This document shows, piece by piece, positions 13,001 to 21,660 of a stretch of 64,000 nt of DNA (position 1 is the first letter of the stretch; each line of letters begins with the position of its first letter). The position numbers and the translations under genes are program-made. The stretch spans positions 5,024,001-5,088,000 of the forward strand of contig CBDCTK010000002.1 of the NCBI GenBank assembly GCA_965222225.1, written 5' to 3'. The notes beneath the pieces are model-generated. The model searched no databases and was not told the origin of the DNA. It saw nothing but the letters and a program-made list of their open reading frames with translations. Source of the stretch: Candidatus Poribacteria bacterium. Lineage in GTDB: Bacteria > Poribacteria > WGA-4E > JAJDTR01.

Positions 13001-13285
13001 GAAGAGGTACGGAATGTTCCCAATCCAATACGTACCAATACCTTCTTTACCTACAATTTCGTGCAGAGACCGGAGCATGTTACCATCAAGATATACTCTG
13101 TCGCCGGCAAACTAGTTCGCACGATTGCAGACGCGTCGGCAAGACGGGGTTACAATGAGATGTACTGGGATGGGCGTGATGAAGATGGTAGGCGCTTGGC
13201 AAACGGCACCTATTTTTACAAGGTTACCGTTGGGGCGGAAAACCGGGAAATCGAAAGGATCGGCAGGCTCGCAATCTTGCGCTGA
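7073..13285 (+). CDS. Giant peptidase C25 (gingipain-family) protein with propeptide, Ig-like domains and FlgD-like C-terminus
   Basis: ADYIVIS, YVLLVGD, IGRL, catalytic YSGHG and TTCLNG, YTLFGDP; C-terminal NVPNP...WDGRDEDGRRLANGTYFYK; AGGAG RBS before ATG 7073. Confidence 0.88.
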   Translation: MFRSLRVQLTIFRLLYPLIFLLCFNVPTWAEPIVRTVYADSVSLVVEFKLPELRFSDENSGGQTYSLISFNGAQHTLEAGYPKLPTYSQLIGIPVREIPHATIINSRFEIRPTKKVLPVQSDFVRQSEDSPVPSTVRYETNTDFYRQNRFYPTHLAEVVPVGFIRDQRVAQLKIHPIQYNPRLSKLKIYRELQIRIDFNQPASSVSQAFTTYQPSRPFEELFQTRLLNYNQAKAWRLVRQSQAQLASAFAEGNMEQRYKLTITRTGMYRVTYSRLERTGADASKIDLNTLKMETEGRLVGVYVIDKAEDGKFDRDDSIVFYGQELVGNKFTDTNVYWLSWNSPGSSRVGVVDAQQKTRSARIPVAFLKTERFERDIFHNSLEADDVRSELADHYFWASFKGGDSKPFPINIPGAIPRQLINRLATIRVKLQGASLYTHKARFLLNNKSIGRTQDWRRQADILTIHEFQQRQFLLHDATNELTVIAEDNARLSSDKAEFYVDWFEVDYWHSFKALSGALEFNSTTEPESNGIVRYRVDNLRASEVDVYKIDNGSIVAKLVNGRIDGSSSPNFRITFEDMVTQPLSYFVLDDRAYHSVTRIVPAKPPTLRDPANQADYIVISHKDFINSIQPLVKFRRSQGYSVIVVDIDDVYEQFNHGVFSPFAIQQFLRYAYTSWQQPAPSYVLLVGDAHYDYKRATVALYRLDNRTFNLYPIYVPTIHGWAPVSGETAMDHRFVTVSGEDTLPDMFIGRLSVQYAHELDAMVKKLIDYEQNPKFGVWQRTLAQVADDEKSNSIDWIFEESRDRLIKEFIPVAYDTREIYLRKIESPDRTNGLIFKAIEEGSLILEYSGHGGSDTWADEGIFRIENIKRLRNQRLPFVVTTTCLNGQFDKPLQFGQRCLSEEFMMGRYGALGTLSATRLTFATANAVFDEDLFNSIFNVKPSTLGAITADAKIKFIGSAVSNNRLSWIPGAEQYTLFGDPATRLALPDLEIKVELDDFSLNSRKQLVVKQNVIGHNGIVLTTGKSRFLKATDFSTDRLSAAVLFANNFDEDPNNDLSRRQDDLDVWKGDFGTIRFDVPLGVTAGRGIVRLFASDGEHTAIGGTEFWTEQPIIHDVREELGTEAANALNLHVQIVDDAGQAGIKSVDVVWNDTVEYKTRTTPMVPDPQFAIPVINGGQWWRLQTPIPLPQDERSVIYQILATDQDKNIVFYPSETERKTVKVAANANLAIAPNPPDATSIRYVRLEDGNVPVLMVDLINDGGNDVPVDVEVWFTEGNPDRNVDYQIDRDAKVIGKVVVNTNDWEPGDTAHQKVTAVSTLKEPLSRGHHEIHVFVDPTPPDRNPENGVFGALDETRSADNRGSLSFDVNEFTLQPASELTCASLDRVFEAFFTVGSLKPTTLSVDSLEAPISSQPGLRFVAIPQPAGVQDILIRQGAGASQAYEISLPSTVMQLDLPIEVRFRFESDYLHDQLSLQPDDANNQDEVISKMGIYAWKEQTKTWKRLPSKTHYQENGNLLKERFLTPAQKRNRNLYELQVTQIRIDSQRTPLGKWIILFIDSDSYMVLLRQTGSTNINQVGTLGKPGQIFVNSDFGIQLEIKRVEAIENSRQFEFGDVLTFETKLDRFDRLIASETRNSNRGNGFPELNLTIESEDNFRSGNWLILFRDNQTFEIHDSSTLSDGKLSENVVLGSINEPLFMSDPGIEALITPGDEPFALGDKFKFSTKTVSIVSTEVSDLNPFALMASSDTRSPRLKLWVDGESLHSGSVISSRPQISMILEDLNGIDMDAFRFVVSKNGGPFKEITEFTITNPKQATAVTIFYAPVLSVGRYLYRIWAKDLNGNELGNDGGYSEFLLFVEEPPDIEPPEVEIRLNQEILTDGMIVQEQPEIEVRFADNYGIDSTTIQFSFGKVGDELVSLPREAYDLVFDEAQPEHGTIVYTPSLANGEYQIQIFASDTSENTHEGEVIRFQLNEAVEIEEVRNVPNPIRTNTFFTYNFVQRPEHVTIKIYSVAGKLVRTIADASARRGYNEMYWDGRDEDGRRLANGTYFYKVTVGAENREIERIGRLAILR

Positions 13286-13349
13286 GAAATTGTCAATTAG
13301 AAAGTGTACACTAGATATTAATCGAATTATCCCTATTGGTTTTCCACAC

Positions 13350-14042
13350 ATGTCAAACCAAAACCATAAACCCCATGTCTTCTTGAACATGGCGATGAGT
13401 CTTGATGGAAAGATTTCGACGCGCGATGACACGGGCCCTCGCTTTACGAGCAGTGCCGACAAAGTTCGACTAAGAGAAATCCGAACTCGATCGGATGCCA
13501 TCCTTGTGGGTGCAAGAACGATTGTTGTCGACAATCCAACATTCACGGAACATGGAATCTACAAGGATGAACGTGTCCAACGTGGCATTTCACCCCAGCC
13601 AATCAAAGTGGTAGTTAGCGGTACCGGGAGTGTGCCGGAATCTGCTCGTATGTTCCAGCCAAATGGCGCGCCAGCGCTCGTCTTTACTACGAAACGCACC
13701 GTCTCAAATCGCCTAAAAATCTTGGGCAGTGTGGCAGATGCAGTACATATTGTAGGGGACGAGGAAGTTGATTTCCTACAAATCGTTGATATTCTGGCCC
13801 GGACATACGGCGTGAAGAAATTGCTGATTGAAGGGGGCGGGCAAGTCAACTTCGCTATGTTTCGCGCACAACTCATCAACGAAGTCTATCTCACCCTTTC
13901 TCCGCGAGTAATCGGTGGACGTAATGTTCCAACGCCTGTTGGGGGGGCAGGATTCAACTTTATCAACTTAGTCGAGCTTGAACTGTTGGACCATCAAGTT
14001 GTCAACAACGAGATTTTTCTCCATTATCGTGTTCGTTCATAA
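13350..14042 (+). CDS. RibD C-terminal (pyrimidine reductase/DHFR-like) family protein
   Basis: MAMSLDGKI, DAILVGART, LLIEGGG motifs. Confidence 0.88.
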   Translation: MSNQNHKPHVFLNMAMSLDGKISTRDDTGPRFTSSADKVRLREIRTRSDAILVGARTIVVDNPTFTEHGIYKDERVQRGISPQPIKVVVSGTGSVPESARMFQPNGAPALVFTTKRTVSNRLKILGSVADAVHIVGDEEVDFLQIVDILARTYGVKKLLIEGGGQVNFAMFRAQLINEVYLTLSPRVIGGRNVPTPVGGAGFNFINLVELELLDHQVVNNEIFLHYRVRS

Positions 14043-14113
14043 CAATCGAGAAAACGCCTAAAGTTGTGTGTACTAGGGTGAACGCTTCGTTTAGGATTCA
14101 ATTTCTGCATCAC

Positions 14114-14689
14114 CTACAGGTACCGCTGAATCTGATGAAAACTGTTGGGATCCAGTTTCCGATAGTCCGGGAGATCATAACGATTTCCTCGAACATCCGT
14201 TACGAGAATCCGTGCTGGCGGGACCTGTTTGATATTTTGGTGCAGCCCTCGGACAGAAAAGGTGGTTTTCCCCCGTGAAGTCTCCGTCTCCCATGCATGG
14301 ACGCCAAATCGCTCTTTAACTCGGTGAATCTTGGTTATGACGGGCGTGAAATATCGCTTATCCAGCTCCTCACGAACAATTTTGCGGCTTTCGAAATTTA
14401 GCTCTGAGGGGTCCACGACGATACCAATTTCCATTTCGTCTCCGACGCCAAACGAAATATAATGTTCAGGGTCACTGAGTGGGAGAATTCGCCGGAACGC
14501 TACACGCGGATAGCATACCTCGTCCCGAATTTCAAGGCGCGGCGATCCCATCGGTGAACGAAACAACAGTATTTTATCAGGGTTTAAGTATTTCGGCGTG
14601 AAGTCGTCGTCATCAAAATCAGGCACGAGCACCGATTTTGAGTCTCCGCTGGGAATGGCCCTTTGCTTGTCCTGTTTTTCACTGTCCAT
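14114..14689 (-). CDS. DUF1854 domain protein
   Basis: RILPLSDPEHYIS, RYFTPVI, WETETSRG, DVRGNRY; lies next to the ABC transporter, the usual pairing for this family. Confidence 0.8.
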   Translation of the reverse strand: MDSEKQDKQRAIPSGDSKSVLVPDFDDDDFTPKYLNPDKILLFRSPMGSPRLEIRDEVCYPRVAFRRILPLSDPEHYISFGVGDEMEIGIVVDPSELNFESRKIVREELDKRYFTPVITKIHRVKERFGVHAWETETSRGKTTFSVRGLHQNIKQVPPARILVTDVRGNRYDLPDYRKLDPNSFHQIQRYL

Positions 14690-14813
14690 AGATTACTCCC
14701 AAATCTATTCAATCATCGGCGGGCGATTTCGGACACTGAGGCAGTAATTGGTGGCGGTGGCGGAAAAATGTTATCGCCACTGTCATCAGTCGTTGCTTCG
14801 AATGCCATACCGG

Positions 14814-17135
14814 TTACCGCTCGACTAACTGTGCCTCCGAGCGGATTTCAGAAGCCTGTCGTTGCGTTTCGACAAGCTTAAAATATATCCCTTTCTTTTC
14901 CATTAGCTCTTCGTGCGAACCACATTCAGCGCCTCGCCCCTTTTCGATGACAAAGAGACGGTCGGCGCTACGCAAAGTCGAGAGGCGATGGGCAATTGCG
15001 AAAGTGGTTCGGTTTTGAACGAGCCGGTCGATTGCTTGTTGAATCTTCTTCTCCGTCTGTACATCAACTGATGAAGTTGCCTCGTCCAGAATCAGGATGC
15101 GCGGATTGTGCAGGATCGCCCGCGCAATGGAGATGCGCTGGCGTTCGCCTCCCGAAAGTTGTCCTCCCCGCTCGCCGACTTCTGCATCGTAGCCGTCGGG
15201 AAATTTCACGATGAATTCGTGTGCATTTGCAGCCTTCGACGCCGAGATGATTTCCTCCATCGTCGCGTCCGGTTTTGCGTAGGCAATGTTTTCTGCTATC
15301 GTGCCGCTGAAGAGAAACGGTTCCTGAAGGACAACTCCGATCTGGCGCCGCAAATCTTCAAGCCGAATCTTCGTAACATCGTCTCCATCAATGTAGATTC
15401 TGCCAGAATCGGGTGTATAAAACCGGCAGATTAGATTGATCATTGTTGACTTGCCTGCACCAGAATGTCCAACCAATCCGATCATTTCACCGCTCTTCAC
15501 ATGGAGGTTGATGTTCCGGAGTACGGGGTTATGTGAATCGTAGCCAAAGGTCATGTTTCGAAATTCGACTTCGCCTTTAAGTTCGGGCAAAGTGATGAGC
15601 GTACCATCGTCGACTTGCTCCGGTTCGGAGTCGATGACTTCAAAGACGCGTTCCGCTGCGGTCATTGACCGTGATGCCCAATTGATTATCGGGCTAATAT
15701 GTCGCAGCGGGCCGTAAAACATTGCCAAATATGAGTTAAATGCGAAGAGTGTACCTAGGGTCATATCACCTGCAATCACCTGAAGTCCGCCAGCGAACCA
15801 AGCGATAAGTGAACCCAGATGCACGACAAATGCCAGAGGAGGGTAATATGTCGCCCAAACGGTCTCCGCGTAGGTGTCGTAACTCCGGGCGTCTTCATTC
15901 GCGACCGAGAACCGCCCAATCTCGCCCGTCTGCCGACCAAATGCGCGAACAACACGAATCCCGGAAATGGAGTCGTTCACAATGTCATACAACTTGGATC
16001 TCCGGCGCCAAGCCCGGTGCCACAGATGGTGTACCTTCTTCCAGAACCAGCGCGCGCCGATGACAATCAGCGGGATTGGTATGAGGATAAAACATGAGAG
16101 CCGCCAGTTCATCCAGAAGAGCATAACGCCAATCCCAAAAATCATCAAGAGATCGACAGCCACGAACTGAAGAAATTCTAACAGAAACCATTGGAGGCGC
16201 TGACTATCTTCAGTGATGTGGGAGATCACAGTCCCAGTCTTACGCTTGTCGAAGAATCGAATGGCGAGACTCTGAAGTCGAGTATATATTTGGCTTCGAA
16301 TGTCTGCTGTCATGCGTAGCGTAAGCCACGCACTCAAGCGTCCCAGCAGAATCTCAAAGAGGGAATTGATAATGTGGACTATCATGAGACACCCGACAGC
16401 GACTGCGAGGGCGATCGAAGCTGTTCGTATCTGGCGGAAAACCTGGCCTAGCCAAGTTTCCGAAACCCCCTGCGCCGCTGTTGCCGGATTATTCAATGCA
16501 AGCACATCATCAACGAGGATGCGTTGTAATTGGGGCGGCACAAGCTGAAGGGTCATTGAACCAAGCACACACACAATTACCACCGTCGCTGGCAACTTGT
16601 ACGGCTTCAAATAACTTAGTATGCGCAGCAGCACGCGATGCTTCTTCGTGCATGCGGGGCAAGGTGAAAACTCATCGCGTAGTGGCAAGCCACATGATTG
16701 GCAGAATTTCTTTTCTTCTTTATAGTTCCAAACTGGAGCTTCGTCTCGTTTCCCTTGGCGATATTCGATTTCTTCACTCAGGAATTGTGCGATGTATCCC
16801 AGCTTAGGCGCAAGTCCGTTGGAATATCGGAGGAAATCAACAGCGTCCGCCTCCTTCTCCAGAACAAGGATACCCCCATCAACAACCGCTTCTGCCCGTA
16901 TTCCGGTTACCTCTTTATACGGGACACGATGCAGGATATTTCCTGTTGCGTCGAGTGCTAACACGTCCATCCCAGTCAGTACAAACCAGCTTTCACCAAA
17001 GGATCCGCCCGGTTCAAGGTCGCTCCTTGCGGCAAAGCGCACGGTTTCGATGCCAATGCCTTTGTCCGGAAGAGCTTTCTCAATTACGTCGGGTAAGGTG
17101 TCTAACGTCGGCGTTCCATTTTCTGTTGTTGACAT
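14814..17135 (-). CDS. ABC transporter, fused permease/ATP-binding protein
   Basis: TM domain, Walker A GHSGAGKS, LSGGERQR, ILILDEATS; N-terminal extension with CxxC..CxxC. Confidence 0.93.
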   Translation of the reverse strand: MSTTENGTPTLDTLPDVIEKALPDKGIGIETVRFAARSDLEPGGSFGESWFVLTGMDVLALDATGNILHRVPYKEVTGIRAEAVVDGGILVLEKEADAVDFLRYSNGLAPKLGYIAQFLSEEIEYRQGKRDEAPVWNYKEEKKFCQSCGLPLRDEFSPCPACTKKHRVLLRILSYLKPYKLPATVVIVCVLGSMTLQLVPPQLQRILVDDVLALNNPATAAQGVSETWLGQVFRQIRTASIALAVAVGCLMIVHIINSLFEILLGRLSAWLTLRMTADIRSQIYTRLQSLAIRFFDKRKTGTVISHITEDSQRLQWFLLEFLQFVAVDLLMIFGIGVMLFWMNWRLSCFILIPIPLIVIGARWFWKKVHHLWHRAWRRRSKLYDIVNDSISGIRVVRAFGRQTGEIGRFSVANEDARSYDTYAETVWATYYPPLAFVVHLGSLIAWFAGGLQVIAGDMTLGTLFAFNSYLAMFYGPLRHISPIINWASRSMTAAERVFEVIDSEPEQVDDGTLITLPELKGEVEFRNMTFGYDSHNPVLRNINLHVKSGEMIGLVGHSGAGKSTMINLICRFYTPDSGRIYIDGDDVTKIRLEDLRRQIGVVLQEPFLFSGTIAENIAYAKPDATMEEIISASKAANAHEFIVKFPDGYDAEVGERGGQLSGGERQRISIARAILHNPRILILDEATSSVDVQTEKKIQQAIDRLVQNRTTFAIAHRLSTLRSADRLFVIEKGRGAECGSHEELMEKKGIYFKLVETQRQASEIRSEAQLVER

Positions 17136-17359
17136 TAAAATTTCCTACAGTAAAAGATACTTGGAGATAGGAGGTCAAATTACTAGCCTCGTTCTTGGGA
17201 TGGAGATGCTTGTGATTGGTCGTCCCAATGCCTTCCCTTGTTTTTTCCGAAAAAGTGTAGTATTATCCTGTCGGAATTATGGTCAATACCAGCCGGGCTG
17301 TGGCCAATGTACCTCCGTAATAAACAGGTCCAAGCTACCAATCATTGAAAGACATCAAA

Positions 17360-17884
17360 ATGGTTGATGCCGTTGAAAATGACAGAAATCAGATTGTCGA
17401 AAACCTGAGAGTTTTTGGCATCTGTTACCTAGCTTCAGATGAAATAATACAGGGAACTAGAGATCGCATTCCTGTGCAAGTCTTAATCAAGCGAATCGCA
17501 GAAAGCTCTGACCCGCGCCTTCGGCTAGCTCTTATCGCTTTGTTTATTCGGCATCCAAGAAAGTCTTCAGTTGTGCCAGACGTTGAAGAACTGCTAGACG
17601 AACCGGCGTGTACAGAGCTGAAAACGTCCTATATGGCGGCAGTATGCCTACAGCGGTTTTTGATCCCTCGATTAAAACTCTACATGAAAGACTTTCCTCT
17701 CCTACCGGACCTGTATTCCAAGGAACTTTCCCTTCCTGAACCTGAAGACCGACACGGCAAGAACGATCTATATGCACTCACAGATTGGCATGCGAGCCGA
17801 TCGTCGTATCACTTCAACTGGCGTGCCTCTTGTCTCAAAGTGATGGACTTGCTATTTGCCCAGTTAAGAATAGGAGGAAAGTAA
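17360..17884 (+). CDS. Hypothetical protein, probable partner (antitoxin-like) of the downstream nucleotidyltransferase
   Basis: Stop overlaps the next start (TAATG); contains PRLRLALIALF. Function inferred from context only. Confidence 0.55.
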   Translation: MVDAVENDRNQIVENLRVFGICYLASDEIIQGTRDRIPVQVLIKRIAESSDPRLRLALIALFIRHPRKSSVVPDVEELLDEPACTELKTSYMAAVCLQRFLIPRLKLYMKDFPLLPDLYSKELSLPEPEDRHGKNDLYALTDWHASRSSYHFNWRASCLKVMDLLFAQLRIGGK

Positions 17885-18402
17885 TGAGTTTTCGCGACTC
17901 GGTGGATCGCCACCGGGTTGAGGAGTTCCTCAACCAACTTGGAAAGCGTTTTAGGGGTGCAGGGCAAGTTATCTCGTTGGCGGGACAACGATGGTTTATG
18001 AAGGATTCTCAAAACAGATACTGGACATTGAGTAAACTTTTGATTTGCATCCTGCAGACCACTCTGATTTTATCCGGATCTGCGCGAACTCAAGGAGGAG
18101 TTACATGTGAATGTAGAGGAAGCGTCACCAGATCGCTTTATCTCACTGCCGTCCGGCTACGAGACGCGTTGCCAGCTCCTGGCCCAGTATGGCAAACTTG
18201 AGGTTTTCCATTTCGATCCCTACAGCATGGCGCTCACCAAATTGAACGTGCTACTGCAGAAGATTTCTCAGACGTGTTGGCACTCCTCGAACATAATTGG
18301 ATAAAGATTGAGATGCTTGAAGAAACCTTCCGAGAGATTGTTCCGCGTTATGCCACTGAGAGTTTAAGGGGCGATTCTCGTGAGTTTGAGCGGAAGTTCT
18401 AA
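17884..18402 (+). pseudogene. Frameshifted DUF6036/AbiEii-like nucleotidyltransferase
   Basis: Fragments in different frames: MSFRDSVDRHRVEEFLNQLG, VGGTTMVYEGF..ILDI, NVEEASPDRFISLPSG, FHFDPYSMALTK, FERKF. Confidence 0.6.
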
Positions 18403-18477
18403 GCGCTGGAAAAATGTGGGGCACTGAATAGTCCGTTGGCTATTTGCCCGGGCCTCGCAGTTTCGCTCAAAATCTAT

Positions 18478-20319
18478 CTAGTTGTCATCCTCACGCTCAC
18501 TGAGCAACTCACCGCGCGCTAGTCGCTCCGCGTTCTCTGTTGACCACAGAATACCCTTCATCAGTTTTTGCGCTGTGATGTATCGGGTAGCTGCCATAAG
18601 GTGCATTCGTTTTTCTATCGGGTCATCTGACAAGTCGTAGTGTCTAAACGCAACTTCTAGCACTTGGAACATGTGAAGTTCGGCATCTTCACGAAGCAGG
18701 ATGTGCGCCAGTGTGCGTCGGAGTTTACGTATATCGTGCCCCTCTTCAAGATACTGGCTAACTAAAATCTCGGCTTCATAGACCTTCTGAAAATCCGCGA
18801 ACTCTTGGAGGCGTTCCAGCATTTTATCCACAGAGGCGAATTCTTCATCGAGTCGTTGTCCCAGCCTTGGAATACGGGCAGCAGGCATGTTTAACCAGCG
18901 GACGTACGCAAGGAAGACCGCACCGTGAAAGATACCTCGCAACAGTTCTTTGCTTGGCGCATAGTGGAAGGCACAGTAGAGCGCGTGGGCGTATGAATAA
19001 ATATTCGCGACATCGTGCCAATCACCCTCGTTCTTCAGGTGGAAACGCGCAGTGCGGATAGCAGATGCGTAGGTCATTGCGCGGCAAATCTCAACCGGAT
19101 TTACGCCCGCACGTAATGTTCGCTCGATTTCCTCGACAATTGGCACGAAATCGCTGGCAAGCATCGTCTGCGCAAACTCTGAAGTGTCAAGGGAAGCGTG
19201 GCTGGACTGATTCTCGGTCCATATATCATCTAGTCGCTCGAAAATTGGTTCCAAGACGGGCACTGCGTCCGCCCAACGCGATGTCTCCTCATGCCGTGTC
19301 CGACTGGCGAGATCAACGACGATTGGACGCAGCATTTCGTGGGCGCCCTCCCATTCGATATAATCCAACGCCTCGAACATTTTGTTAGCGAAATCAAGTG
19401 CGTGGCCATCGCCTGTGAAGTAGAAGTCCGTTGCCGCTGTAAACACAAAATCGGCAATCACTGATTTGTCATAGCCACGATCTCGGAGTGTCAACAGAAT
19501 GCGTTCTGCCGCCCCGGCATGGCGCTTATCGACAAAATACCGGAACCACCGCTTCAAAGTGCCGAGATCGTGTTTCTCGTCCGTGCGTGGGAACGGTGCG
19601 CGATAGGGACGTGAACTTCCCGTTGTTCGATTACTAATCTGAGTCAGCCCATGTACCAAAAATAGGTTGTGATCCTTGTCGTTTACCTCATCCCAAAGGT
19701 TTGCTGCAAGTGTCAATATTGTGACGCCAGACGACCAGCCCTCGCTGCTCTTGTTCGCCCCGTAGTATAGACCTTGTTGAATAATCTCTTGTGGAGTTGC
19801 TTCTGCATCGTTAAGCGCTGTGACCGCCTTCGCAATAAAGAACGAACTTCGATCTTTAAGCCCACGCTCAAGTGCACGTTTGCCTCGGTCTATCACGCGA
19901 CGTTTTGCCGCCTCTTTCTCCCACCCCGCTAATCCGACGTACACATTGCCGTCGTCTCGCAACTCAACGGGAAATGCTTTCAAGTCGTCACCGGACGCCA
20001 AAAAACATCCGCCAGATTTCAGATCAAATTCCCAGTGGTGCCAGTGACAGATTAGTACGCCGTCTCTGATACTGCCTTCCGACATGGGATAGCCCATGTG
20101 CGGACAACGGTTGTCAACAGCATAAAATTTGCTTCCATATCGGAAAACAGCAAGATGTGTACCGTTCACATGAAACGGTTTACCTTCGCCCTGTTCAAAC
20201 GATTGGGCGGCGCATAGTTTGTGATACACGAGATTGGTTTGGTCTACATAGTCAATTGACGGATCCTCAATATGGATTGAACCAGCAACGGTCTCTTGTG
20301 GTACGACAGTTGAAGCCAT
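18478..20319 (-). CDS. Rieske [2Fe-2S] domain protein with a long His-rich helical C-terminal region
   Basis: NRCPHMG...CHWHHWEFD Rieske motif; AAGGAGG RBS before ATG 20319. Confidence 0.85.
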   Translation of the reverse strand: MASTVVPQETVAGSIHIEDPSIDYVDQTNLVYHKLCAAQSFEQGEGKPFHVNGTHLAVFRYGSKFYAVDNRCPHMGYPMSEGSIRDGVLICHWHHWEFDLKSGGCFLASGDDLKAFPVELRDDGNVYVGLAGWEKEAAKRRVIDRGKRALERGLKDRSSFFIAKAVTALNDAEATPQEIIQQGLYYGANKSSEGWSSGVTILTLAANLWDEVNDKDHNLFLVHGLTQISNRTTGSSRPYRAPFPRTDEKHDLGTLKRWFRYFVDKRHAGAAERILLTLRDRGYDKSVIADFVFTAATDFYFTGDGHALDFANKMFEALDYIEWEGAHEMLRPIVVDLASRTRHEETSRWADAVPVLEPIFERLDDIWTENQSSHASLDTSEFAQTMLASDFVPIVEEIERTLRAGVNPVEICRAMTYASAIRTARFHLKNEGDWHDVANIYSYAHALYCAFHYAPSKELLRGIFHGAVFLAYVRWLNMPAARIPRLGQRLDEEFASVDKMLERLQEFADFQKVYEAEILVSQYLEEGHDIRKLRRTLAHILLREDAELHMFQVLEVAFRHYDLSDDPIEKRMHLMAATRYITAQKLMKGILWSTENAERLARGELLSEREDDN

Positions 20320-20494
20320 GACGCAACCTCCTTGTCGTGCAGCGGTTGACAACTTTTTCACAGGCACCACTCCGTGCAATCAGGAGTATAGAAAAGAGTC
20401 GTATTGATTGCCAAGGTTTCTGACTTGTATAAGTACGGCAGTTGATGTTTAAACGGAGTTTGTCCTTAAAACAGAACTGCCAGGTAAACGAGTG

Positions 20495-20830
20495 TCATGT
20501 TTCTACCTTCGCGTATACAGGCGAGTTGATATCAACTAGAATATTATCTCCTTCTACTTTCACGGGATAAGTTGCGATGCATGTTTGCCCAGGCCAAACG
20601 CATTTCCCGGTTTTTACATCAAACTCCCACATGTGGAGTGGGCAGGTAATTACACTATCACTCAGGAACCCATAACTTAAAACTCCTCCGAAATGCGGGC
20701 AAATGTTGTTCATCGCATGATATTCACCGGAGACGTTGTAGATGCCGACAAAAACACCCTCAACCTTGACACCAATGCAGCGGCCCGCCTGAATTTCATC
20801 AGTTTTCGCTGCTATCACAAATTGACCCAT
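20495..20830 (-). CDS. Rieske-type ferredoxin
   Basis: CPHFGG...CPLHMWEFD, 111 aa. Confidence 0.9.
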   Translation of the reverse strand: MGQFVIAAKTDEIQAGRCIGVKVEGVFVGIYNVSGEYHAMNNICPHFGGVLSYGFLSDSVITCPLHMWEFDVKTGKCVWPGQTCIATYPVKVEGDNILVDINSPVYAKVET

Positions 20831-21146
20831 TCCACGGTTTCCTTTCCGTTAGTGCCTATGTCTTACCCTTGATGATTGTATCACGTCTTTCTCGCATACC
20901 TCAACCAAATTCCAGATTTTTTCCGTATGATTCTAGTCGTCGCGTGTACAAAAATGTTCAACACATTCACTATCCATGCGTACACTGCGAGAATGTTGTA
21001 TAAGTCACCCAAGGCAATTACCGGGCCGTTGTGCATGCACCTGTCCTGCACTAGAGGAGCCTACCATTTAAGTGAGTTTCGAGGAGTGAAGCTGTTATTA
21101 TAGTCATTGCAACTAAGATTATACATTTGGGACTTACGCAATTCAG

Positions 21147-21234
21147 TTTGTAGTAGCGATCAAGGGAGCGAATAGCGACTGCGATAGAGATCCCTTTACT
21201 GCGCGTCTTCTGTAGGAGCGAGCTTTGCTCGTGA
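21147..21234 (+). repeat. GTAG-type REP composite carrying one 36-bp GATC element (21158-21193)
   Basis: TTTGTAGTAGC-[GATCAAGGGAGCGAATAGCGACTGCGATAGAGATCC]-...TGTAGGAGCGAGCTTTGCTCG; inverted homolog at 47865-47981. Confidence 0.8.
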
Positions 21235-21660
21235 GAGGAAATCTCGATCTGGAGATTGGATCTCTATTGTACTTGTTGCCCCCTCGATTAATCTCCTACA
21301 GTAGGTTTGTCGCAACAATCTCCAATTGTCAAATCGAGCAATATATAATTCATATCTGTGTAAATATGAATGTAAATAACTGTAGCAGGGAGTCGCCGGC
21401 TGACTGCAAAAGAGCGAGTGGTGTGCCGATTAGGATGAGGTCACAGAACATTATTGAAGCATGACCGTGAAATAGGGGCGTTGGGCCTGAAACTTCTCCT
21501 CGCTGCGTGTTCATTGGAGGTAGTATTGGCACGCAACCGGATATTCAGCGGGTTCGAGATTATCGATTGGGGTATTGAAAATTAAGGACAAATCTTCAGA
21601 AAGATGTGGAGATTGACCTGCGAAAGTACGCAAAGGGAAAGGATTTGCATCCCGAATGGT

